This document shows positions 20,182-27,515 of a stretch of DNA of 64,000 nucleotides, piece by piece; within the stretch, counting starts at the first letter, position 1, and every line of letters begins with the position of its first letter. Under the pieces are notes generated by a model, which worked only from the letters and a program-made list of their open reading frames with translations, was not told the DNA's origin and ran no database searches. Made by a program: the position numbers and the translations under genes. This DNA is from Planctomycetota bacterium (GTDB lineage: Bacteria; Planctomycetota; Phycisphaerae; WQYP01): NCBI GenBank assembly GCA_021808485.1, contig JAKBBN010000005.1, positions 5,571 to 69,570 on the forward strand, read 5' to 3'.

Positions 20182-22753
20182 GCCCGGCCGCGGCATCCTG
20201 GCCGCGGCTGTTGTTTTGTTGGCCGTCGGACTCGTGACATTTACGGGACTGCTGCTGATGGCCGCACAGCGACATTTTCACCACCGGCTCACGGCATGGC
20301 TGGGCGGAACGGATGTACGGGTGCGACCGCTGGTGGCGCAGGCCGGCCGCAAGATTCCCGCAATAATGCTGGCAAATATTGCGCAGCTGCACGGAGTGGC
20401 GTTCTGCGGCGGAAAAACATCCGCATGGGCCAGGTTCAGCCATGGTGGACATGCATCCCTCGCCAAATTGGAAGCAATTTCCTGGCCGGAAATGAACCGG
20501 CTCGACCCGCTGATATTGTCCAGCGGCCGACTGCCCGCGGACGTGCGGGGGGGATGGGGCAACAGGATCGTACTGGATGGCGGCCTTGCCGGCAGCTTGC
20601 ATGTGCGGCCCGCGACGGTGATTAACGTGATAACGGCGTCGAAAAAGGCCGCGAATTTACAACTCTCGGGAATCGTGTCACGTTCCGCAGTCAAGCGATT
20701 TTTGCAGCCTCCGCGTGGTTATATATCAACACGATTGTTTCACCGGTTATTTCCGGCATCGGCGGGCTATTCTGAAATTGACATCCGCCTGAAGCGAGGT
20801 GTGAATAAGCAACTGTTTATCCGCGCCTTGCGGAAGTTTGCGGGTCCCGCCGTGACGATTGCATCGGCCGGAAACGCGCGAGCGGCATTCCATAAAGTTC
20901 GCGAGCTTTTCAGCCGGATCAGGATACTGGTGGTTGTGCCCATCGCGGCGGGCTCCGGTCTGCTGATTCTGGCGATCATGGTGACGGGTATTGCGGATCG
21001 CGTGCGCTATCTGGGGCAGTTACGCTGTCTGGGGGCCGGCCGCGGGCAGCTTGTCGGGGCAGTGCTGCTGGAGGCCGTTTTGCCGGCGATTGCGGGCATT
21101 GCGATGGGGATTGCCGGCGCCGCGGCTGCGGCGGTGCTGTTGGCCGGTCATTTCCCAACAATTTTCGGGGCTGTCGCCCTTACACCGGGCGCTTTGTTCT
21201 GGGGAATAGTGACCGGCATATTGGCGGCGGGAATCGGTGTGATTGTGCCTCTTGCCCAGGCTTTGCGTGCCTCGCCCATGGCGGCTGTGCGTATCGCCGC
21301 GGCCGGACCGCTTTATCGTCCGATCTGGCCGTTTCTTGCGTTCGGCGCGGCGTGTGTGGCGTTACAGCGGTTATTGTGGTTGATTCCGTCCAATCGGCTG
21401 GCGGTGGTGGTGTATGCGGTTGTTGGCGGACCATTGCTTTTTGCGGCGGCGTTTGCCATGGGGCCGGTACTGGCGGCCTGGCTGGAAGGATTTTCCCGCC
21501 GCCTGTTGCGGAGAATCTGGCGGATAAACGGGGAACTGCTTTATGGCACATGGCGGCGGAAGCCATTTCGTACCGGCTTTCTGATTGTGTCCATGATGTT
21601 CGCAACAGCGTTCCTGATTTCAATGCGAAGCCGCGGCGCCGGATTGATCAAATCTTGGGAGTTCCCCGCGCATTTTCCCGATGCCTTTGTCTTCAGCCCG
21701 GTATCGCCTCTGTCCGCAAAGCGACTGCGGCAACTGCCGGGAAAAGTCGCCGGTATCAAGGCCGCCGGCAGTCTGACTGCATTCTGGGTTGCGCCGGCCG
21801 CCCGGCGCGGCAACGCCGCACAGGCGACTGGAAATATGCTGTTTATCGCAGCGCAGCCGCGACGTTTCATGCGGATGGTGGGATTGCGGTTTTTGCGCGG
21901 CACACCGCAAACCGCGGAAAAGCTGCTGGCGCAAGGTTCCGGCGTGCTGGTGGCCACGCGACTGAGGCGCAGCGCGGGAAAAATTCCCCGGCATATTACC
22001 CTGCAAACGCTCTATGGCCCCACCACGTTCAAAGTGGCCGGCGTGGTCTATTCACGCGGGATGAGCTTGGCCGCCGGATACATGCGTGTAGGACACATAT
22101 TTCATGCCATGGCGGGAATTTCGATATTGGGAACGTTGCGGCAATCCGCGAAATACTTCGGCATTGCCGGCGCCAATATGGTGCTGCTTACGATCAAGCC
22201 GGGGTATAAAGGGATGGCTGTGGTGATCGCCGTCAAATCATTCCTGGGACGTTCCAGCCATCCATCATTTCTTTCCGATATGTTTAATTTTAAGGCCATG
22301 CAGTTGCGCGGCACTTCGGTTCGTGCAATGAAGAGAAAGCTGAATGCCGTGGTGCGGCGGGTCATGCATGCCTTGTCGCTGCTGGCGATTGCGGTGTTCG
22401 TGGCAGGTGGAATAGCATCCGGTTTATTGATTGCCGCGGACATTCGCTCCCGCCGACATGAACTGGGAATTTTGTATGCCGTTGGGGCCTCGCGCTGGCA
22501 GATATTAAGGCTTTTGTTGGCCGAGATTTCCTTAAACGTGGTGCTGGCGGTGTTCATCGGTATGTTGACGGCGATTTACATAACCTATATGGCCACACAG
22601 GTGGATCATCGCCTTATGGGATTCAATTCTTTGCTGGTTATTTCCTGGGCGGCGGCGCCCATCGCGCTGGCGGCGACGGCGGCGGCGGCCTTTGCCGGTG
22701 CGGCGCTGCCGCTGGCCCGCATGTTCCGGCGACCGGTATGTATTCGCGGATAA
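20138..22753 (+). CDS. ABC transporter permease, large FtsX-like family (YbbP-like, two FtsX modules)
   Basis: N-terminal MQLLWQLAIRNWRIKPGRGILAAAV typical of YbbP/FtsX-like permeases, ~870 aa with two clusters of TM helices; start overlaps ATPase by ~44 nt. Confidence 0.8.
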   Translation: MQLLWQLAIRNWRIKPGRGILAAAVVLLAVGLVTFTGLLLMAAQRHFHHRLTAWLGGTDVRVRPLVAQAGRKIPAIMLANIAQLHGVAFCGGKTSAWARFSHGGHASLAKLEAISWPEMNRLDPLILSSGRLPADVRGGWGNRIVLDGGLAGSLHVRPATVINVITASKKAANLQLSGIVSRSAVKRFLQPPRGYISTRLFHRLFPASAGYSEIDIRLKRGVNKQLFIRALRKFAGPAVTIASAGNARAAFHKVRELFSRIRILVVVPIAAGSGLLILAIMVTGIADRVRYLGQLRCLGAGRGQLVGAVLLEAVLPAIAGIAMGIAGAAAAAVLLAGHFPTIFGAVALTPGALFWGIVTGILAAGIGVIVPLAQALRASPMAAVRIAAAGPLYRPIWPFLAFGAACVALQRLLWLIPSNRLAVVVYAVVGGPLLFAAAFAMGPVLAAWLEGFSRRLLRRIWRINGELLYGTWRRKPFRTGFLIVSMMFATAFLISMRSRGAGLIKSWEFPAHFPDAFVFSPVSPLSAKRLRQLPGKVAGIKAAGSLTAFWVAPAARRGNAAQATGNMLFIAAQPRRFMRMVGLRFLRGTPQTAEKLLAQGSGVLVATRLRRSAGKIPRHITLQTLYGPTTFKVAGVVYSRGMSLAAGYMRVGHIFHAMAGISILGTLRQSAKYFGIAGANMVLLTIKPGYKGMAVVIAVKSFLGRSSHPSFLSDMFNFKAMQLRGTSVRAMKRKLNAVVRRVMHALSLLAIAVFVAGGIASGLLIAADIRSRRHELGILYAVGASRWQILRLLLAEISLNVVLAVFIGMLTAIYITYMATQVDHRLMGFNSLLVISWAAAPIALAATAAAAFAGAALPLARMFRRPVCIRG

Positions 22754-22967
22754 GGGCCGCCATCGGCCTGCGTCCCGGGCTGGTCTGGAACAGCCGGTCG
22801 CCTGCGAGGATTTGTGCGGCCCGCCGGTGTAATTGGCAGGCGGCGGTTGCTGTGCGATAATCCTTAAATGATCCGATCGATCGGAACGCATCTGTGCCGA
22901 CCGGAAGGTATAGATCAGGCGTGTTGGTAAAACGGAATTTGCGAAGCCTTCGGGCCGGGAGTTAATC

Positions 22968-23267
22968 ATGATTATCGCCAAAGTGGTGGGCAAGGTTGTG
23001 GCCACGGTAAAGGATGCCGGTTTTGAAGGCAAAAAGCTGGTGGTAGCCCATGCACATGTCATAAAGGATGGGCAGCTCGTTCCCGGTCAAAATATGATCA
23101 TCGCCAATGATGAACTCGGCGCCGGGGAGGGGGATATCGTGCTGATCACGCAGGGGAGTTCGGCACGAATTGCGCCGGGCATGAAAGCCTGCGCTACCGA
23201 TGCGGTAGTGATCGCCCTGATTGACCGGATTGATTCGGATGGCCGGCCGGTATTTAGCAAGGCTTGA
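22968..23267 (+). CDS. Bacterial microcompartment vertex protein (BMC-P; EutN/CcmL/PduN family) paralog 1
   Basis: MIIAKVVGKVVATVKDAGFEGKKLVV...ELGAGEGDIVLITQGSSARIA...ATDAVVIALIDRI aligns with PduN/CcmL along the full 99 aa. Confidence 0.9.
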   Translation: MIIAKVVGKVVATVKDAGFEGKKLVVAHAHVIKDGQLVPGQNMIIANDELGAGEGDIVLITQGSSARIAPGMKACATDAVVIALIDRIDSDGRPVFSKA

Positions 23268-23302
23268 CCCGACGGTATAACAGTCAGGAAAGGATCATTT
23301 GC

Positions 23303-23608
23303 ATGTTTATGGCCAGAGTCAAGGGAAATGTCACCGCGCCGGCGAAGCATCCAACTCTTCGCGGCCGACTGCTGATAATTCAACCGATTGATCCGATTGA
23401 CCGCAAAGAAACAGGCATTGCGCAGGTGGCGGTTGACACGCTGGGCGCGGGGATGAATTCCGTGGTGATGGCCACCAGCGACGGACGGGTGGTGCAGGAG
23501 ATGCTGAAGGCGGCGGATGATTGCCCGGCCCGTCTGGCGGTGGTGGCGATCGTGGATGCCGCGGACGCATCCGTCGCACCGGCAACACGCGCAGCAGGGG
23601 CAAAATAA
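23303..23608 (+). CDS. Bacterial microcompartment vertex protein (BMC-P; EutN/CcmL/PduN family) paralog 2
   Basis: MFMARVKGNVTAPAKHPTLRGRLLIIQPID...AVDTLGAGMNSVVMATSDG...ARLAVVAIVDA; ATG 8 nt after AGGAAAGGA. Confidence 0.88.
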   Translation: MFMARVKGNVTAPAKHPTLRGRLLIIQPIDPIDRKETGIAQVAVDTLGAGMNSVVMATSDGRVVQEMLKAADDCPARLAVVAIVDAADASVAPATRAAGAK

Positions 23609-23889
23609 TGTATTTGGGAAAAGTTATTGGCGGAATAGAGGCGAGGATGCGCGTGGCGGGGCTGGAATCACAGCGCCTTGCGGTAATTCAGCCCCTTGAT
23701 TTTGACCAAAAGCCCGTGCGGTGGACAATTGTTGCTGCGGATGTAGTGGGGGCATCGGTTGGCTCGCTGGTCCTGTACGAGGAAGGTCGCGAGGCGGCCA
23801 ATCCCTTTCACCCGGCATTGCCCGTGGATGCATGTGTGACGGCAATCGTGGAAAGCTACCAGTACGCCGACAGCCAAGCGTATGCATGA
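23608..23889 (+). CDS. Bacterial microcompartment vertex protein (BMC-P; EutN/CcmL/PduN family) paralog 3
   Basis: MYLGKVIGGIEARMRVAGLESQRLAVIQPLD...AADVVGASVGSLVLYEEG...VDACVTAIVES; start ATG overlaps the stop of paralog 2 (TAATG). Confidence 0.85.
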   Translation: MYLGKVIGGIEARMRVAGLESQRLAVIQPLDFDQKPVRWTIVAADVVGASVGSLVLYEEGREAANPFHPALPVDACVTAIVESYQYADSQAYA

Positions 23890-24068
23890 GCTTTTCATGT
23901 CTGGGCGGAAGAGTTTGCTCACTTGGTTGCAGTAATTCGTCTGTTTGGCGGGCCGCCGACAGGTTCCGAATCATTGCCGGGCCGGCTTGTTATTGAACGT
24001 TCAGCCGGTTTCCATAGGCCATGTTGAACGCGGCGCCGTGCTGTCATAACCTGCGGCAATAAGCTTTC

Positions 24069-24569
24069 TTAACGGTAATTGGTGAATTGCAGCGGAATTT
24101 CCGGTGGTTTAGCCCGCAGGTCCGCGATCACCGCCTGCAGGTCGTCCTTTTTCGCCGCGCTGACGCGCAGCGTATCCCCCTGGATAGATGGATTTACTTT
24201 CAGGCCGAGCTCCTTGATGCGCTTTTGCAGGGCTTTGGCCGTATCACGGTCAATACCGCTCTTGAGTTTTATTTTTTGCCGGAGCGTGGAGTGCGTTGCC
24301 GGTTCAATTTTCTGCCGATCCAGGCACCGCGGATCAACCCCACGCTTGGTCAGCTTGGAGATCAGCACCTGCAGGACGGCTTCCAACTGGGGTTCGTTAT
24401 CCGCGGTGATGGCAAGCAGCTTTTCTTTTTTGTCCAGATCGCCGATACCGGCGGACGTCCCGCGGAAATCAAAACGCGTGCCCAGTTCCTTTTTTGCCTG
24501 CATCAGGGCATTGTCAAATTCCGGATAATTGATTTCATTGACGATATCAAACGAAGAATCCGAGGCCAT
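24069..24569 (-). CDS. yajQ: YajQ-family nucleotide (c-di-GMP)-binding protein (UPF0234)
   Basis: MASDSSFDIVNEIN...RFDFRGTS...LQAV...LQFTNYR matches YajQ end to end; internal ATG start. Confidence 0.85.
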   Translation of the reverse strand: MASDSSFDIVNEINYPEFDNALMQAKKELGTRFDFRGTSAGIGDLDKKEKLLAITADNEPQLEAVLQVLISKLTKRGVDPRCLDRQKIEPATHSTLRQKIKLKSGIDRDTAKALQKRIKELGLKVNPSIQGDTLRVSAAKKDDLQAVIADLRAKPPEIPLQFTNYR

Positions 24570-24628
24570 TTTGTTGCATCCTTTTTCTGATTTAAGTGCC
24601 GTAAACGCCTGCGGCCGGGCGGGGAAAT

Positions 24629-24769
24629 TTACCAGGCCGCCGGCCGGGTGTTGGAACGTTTGCGTCCGCGGAAATAGCGGTACAGCGGGCCGACAAGCAC
24701 GGCAATGACAAACATCCAGATGAAAATAAGCAGAACGTTTTTGGCCCAGCCTGGATGGTCCGGCACCAT
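24629..24769 (-). CDS. Possible small single-TM membrane protein
   Basis: MVPDHPGWAKNVLLIFIWMFVIAVLVGPLYRYFRGRKR: hydrophobic helix then basic tail; lies between hisG and yajQ on the same strand; no homology recognised. Confidence 0.3.
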   Translation of the reverse strand: MVPDHPGWAKNVLLIFIWMFVIAVLVGPLYRYFRGRKRSNTRPAAW

Positions 24770-24822
24770 GTAATGCCGCCATTGCCGGTGCGAAACCACC
24801 TGTAATGCCGCGGCCGCTAAAT

Positions 24823-25707
24823 TCATGGAATCACCTTGTTCAGCGGATAGCTGATCAGGCCGGTGGCGCCGGCCCGCTTCAACCGGGGCACCAGTTCGCG
24901 TTCCAGTTTTTCTTCCACGATGACTTCCACCGCCACCCAGCTGCCATCCGCGAGCGATGAAATGGTGGGCGATTTTTCCGCGGGCAGAATGGCCAAAACG
25001 GCGGAAAGCTTTTCGCGGGGGGCGTTAAGCTTAAGCCCCACCTTTTCACGGGCGTTGATGGCGCCTTGCAGAAGCAATGCGATATTTTCAATTTTTTCCC
25101 GTTTTGCCGGTTCTTTCCAGGCATTATGGTTGGCGACAAGCCGCGTTGTGCTGGTGAGAAGGGTGTCAATGATTCGCAGATTATTGGCGCGAATGGACGA
25201 GCCGGTTTCCGTGATATCCACAATTGCATCAAGCAGGCGGGCTTTAACTTCCGTTGCGCCCCAGCTGAATTCAACTTTCACCGGAATATTGCGGGCTTTG
25301 AAATAGTCCCGCGTTACCTGCACAAGTTCCGTCGCGATAACCCCGTTACTCAGTTCTTCCGGCCGGGTGACGGCGGATTCCTGCGGCACGGCCAGCACCC
25401 AGCGGGCCGGTTTGCTGGTGGCCTTGGAATAAACGAGTTCGGCAACCTCATGCACATTCGACCCGTTTTCCCGGATCCAATCGGAACCGGTAAGCCCGAT
25501 ATCGATCACATTTTCCTCGACATAGCGGGACATTTCCTGGGCGCGAAATAAAACCACTTCAATGCCGGGATCGTCAATCGCCGGGAAGTAACTTCGATCA
25601 TTGACGCTAATTCGCCAGCCCGCCTTGGCGAACAGATCAATCGTTGCGGATTCAAGTGACCCCTTGGGAATTCCCAGCCGGAGAATTCCGGGTGCGGGTT
25701 TAAGCAT
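24823..25707 (-). CDS. hisG: ATP phosphoribosyltransferase, long form with C-terminal regulatory domain
   Basis: LRLGIPKGSLESATIDLFAKAG...GLTGSDWIRENG...C-terminal regulatory domain typical of long HisG. Confidence 0.9.
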   Translation of the reverse strand: MLKPAPGILRLGIPKGSLESATIDLFAKAGWRISVNDRSYFPAIDDPGIEVVLFRAQEMSRYVEENVIDIGLTGSDWIRENGSNVHEVAELVYSKATSKPARWVLAVPQESAVTRPEELSNGVIATELVQVTRDYFKARNIPVKVEFSWGATEVKARLLDAIVDITETGSSIRANNLRIIDTLLTSTTRLVANHNAWKEPAKREKIENIALLLQGAINAREKVGLKLNAPREKLSAVLAILPAEKSPTISSLADGSWVAVEVIVEEKLERELVPRLKRAGATGLISYPLNKVIP

Positions 25708-25794
25708 GTGCTGACTCCATTGAAAAATACGTTTCAGTCGGCGGCGTCCGCCGCGGACCCCGGATCCAGCGTCCGGTGCGAAAGCCGGGTGTTG

Positions 25795-26646
25795 TTATTT
25801 TTTCGCCTTGTGCCTGGCCGTTTCCTTATGTTTTTCCTGCGTCTTCACCGCCGGCTTGTCGCCGGTATGCCGCGAGGCTGACTTTTCCTGATGCTTGTCA
25901 GGATGCTTGTCGGGAGCTTTGGCCGCCGGCTTGGGCGGGTCGGCGACCGGTCCTTTCTTGGCGGCAGCCGGTGCGGCCTGCGGAACCGCCGCCGCCGTCG
26001 GGGGGACGAGTTTTGCGGGCGTCGGCCATACACGCGGCGTAAAATCTTCGATTTCCCTGCGGGTGCCGCGATAAAAATCAGCCATTTCATCGCCGCGAAG
26101 AATTCTTTCCAGAGCCTGCTGCAAGTCGATGACGGTCGTTTCCGGTCCCGCGGCTTCTTTCGTAATCATCCACAGGAGCAACTTGGTATCAACGGGCACG
26201 GCATGAACGTCAAATGCATCCATGGCGACAACCGCTTCCACATAGGGATTAATGCCGAAAAGCGTCTGAAGGTATTTGCGAATTTCCGCCTTTTTCATAT
26301 GCCGCAGACATTCCAGACTCATCTGATGTTCACGATCAAAAATAGATTGCAGCGTGCGGCGAAGCGCTGTACATCGCGAATCCGCAAATGGATATCGGCT
26401 TCCGATAATAGACATCGTTTCCAGGGTTGAGGCGACCCGCAGATCGTTGAAATCAACCATGGCGCCAATGAGCTTCGCAGCCGCGGCTTGTCCGCGGGCG
26501 GGTTCACAATCGTATTCCATAAAGGCTTCCACCAGGCGATGGATGGGATCCGGCGGGGTTGGCGAAGCGGGACTGTCCGGAGCATGCCGAACGATCCGGG
26601 CGGCGATTTTCTTCAAATTATCAGGTTTGATTCCAACTTTATTCAT
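25795..26646 (-). CDS. Hypothetical protein with helix-hairpin-helix-like motif and Lys/Pro/Ala-rich histone-H1-like C-terminal tail
   Basis: LFGINPYVEAVVAMDAFDVHAVPVDTKLL resembles the HhH-GPD motif of Endo III-like proteins; C-terminal 80 aa is AAKKGPVADPPKPAAKAPDKHPDKH...HKAKK; start overlaps rbfA stop by 8 nt. Confidence 0.5.
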   Translation of the reverse strand: MNKVGIKPDNLKKIAARIVRHAPDSPASPTPPDPIHRLVEAFMEYDCEPARGQAAAAKLIGAMVDFNDLRVASTLETMSIIGSRYPFADSRCTALRRTLQSIFDREHQMSLECLRHMKKAEIRKYLQTLFGINPYVEAVVAMDAFDVHAVPVDTKLLLWMITKEAAGPETTVIDLQQALERILRGDEMADFYRGTRREIEDFTPRVWPTPAKLVPPTAAAVPQAAPAAAKKGPVADPPKPAAKAPDKHPDKHQEKSASRHTGDKPAVKTQEKHKETARHKAKK

Positions 26647-27145
26647 GTGACCCTTTCGACTTGTTTTTACGACGGCCGGTGGCGGCGCGCGATGCGGCCG
26701 TTACGGGCCGGCCGGTCGGGGAAAACGCTGATTCGGTTGATTCTGAACTCGGCGGATTTGCCGGCGAGGGGGCGTTTTGGTCCTGCGGGACCGCCGGATT
26801 CGGGACGGATTCCTGAACGGTGGCAATGGTGGCCAGAACTTGGGCCTGCTTTTTCAGTGAATTGTCCAGATGAAACGTGAGCCGCGGCGCGAATTTCATG
26901 GTCAGGCCGCGGGCGACAAACGACTGCAGCCGCTTTTGTGCGGAATTCAATCCCTGTTGGATGGTCTGGTCGGGCCGTGCGGACATGACACTGACAAAGA
27001 CCTTGGCATCACGGTGGTCCGGTGTAATCTGCACACGGGTGACGGAGATCAAACCGGTCAGGCGCGGGTCGGCGGTGCCGCGGGCGAAAGCCTCGGCTGC
27101 CAGCCGCATTATGCGGGCTTCAATTTTTTGATTTCGCACGCTCAT
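26639..27145 (-). CDS. rbfA: Ribosome-binding factor A with extended low-complexity C-terminus
   Basis: ARIMRLAAEAF...DPRLTGLISVTRVQITPDHRDAKVFVSVMS...KFAPRLTFHLDNS matches RbfA (KH fold). Confidence 0.88.
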   Translation of the reverse strand: MSVRNQKIEARIMRLAAEAFARGTADPRLTGLISVTRVQITPDHRDAKVFVSVMSARPDQTIQQGLNSAQKRLQSFVARGLTMKFAPRLTFHLDNSLKKQAQVLATIATVQESVPNPAVPQDQNAPSPANPPSSESTESAFSPTGRPVTAASRAATGRRKNKSKGSHE

Positions 27146-27186
27146 GGTTACGATTCAATCCCCGTGAGGAGAAAGTATGATTCCTG

Positions 27187-27465
27187 TCAGATGATTTCAA
27201 TCTGAAAATCCAGTAATTCAGTCCGCCGCTCACGCTGCATTTGTTCAACAACTTTGGCCAGGGCACTTTCAAGAAACCGGGCGTCGTTTCCAACCATTGC
27301 CAGCCCAAGCATGGCGTGCTGAGGATGGTCAAGAAAATCAACCTCCGCCACGGACACATTGCAGCGGCGCCACCGGTCTTTCAACGAGCGAAGAATGCCG
27401 CGTTTTTCACGCAGATTCAGGGCGTCGCCGATTTTTAAATCCACCTGAAGAATTCCGATCTTCAT
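27187..27465 (-). CDS. ylxP: DUF503 family protein (YlxP-like), conserved between infB and rbfA
   Basis: MKIGILQVDLKIGDALNLREKRGILRSLKDRWRRCNVSVAEVDFLD typical DUF503; position in nusA-infB operon. Confidence 0.75.
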   Translation of the reverse strand: MKIGILQVDLKIGDALNLREKRGILRSLKDRWRRCNVSVAEVDFLDHPQHAMLGLAMVGNDARFLESALAKVVEQMQRERRTELLDFQIEII

Positions 27466-27515
27466 ATCGTCAGCCGGCCGGCAGTCCGGCAAAAAAAACA
27501 ACCCGGCCCGCGGCC

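Noticed and set aside
22920-22950. tmRNA-like string (CGGAATTTGCGAAGCC resembles GGGAUUUGCGAAACCC of ssrA)
   Set aside because: No flanking tmRNA acceptor/T-arm (GGGGCUGAUUCUGGAUUCGAC at 5', GGUUCGAAUCC...CCACCA at 3') and no tag-peptide reading frame. It is treated as a short regulatory motif instead.
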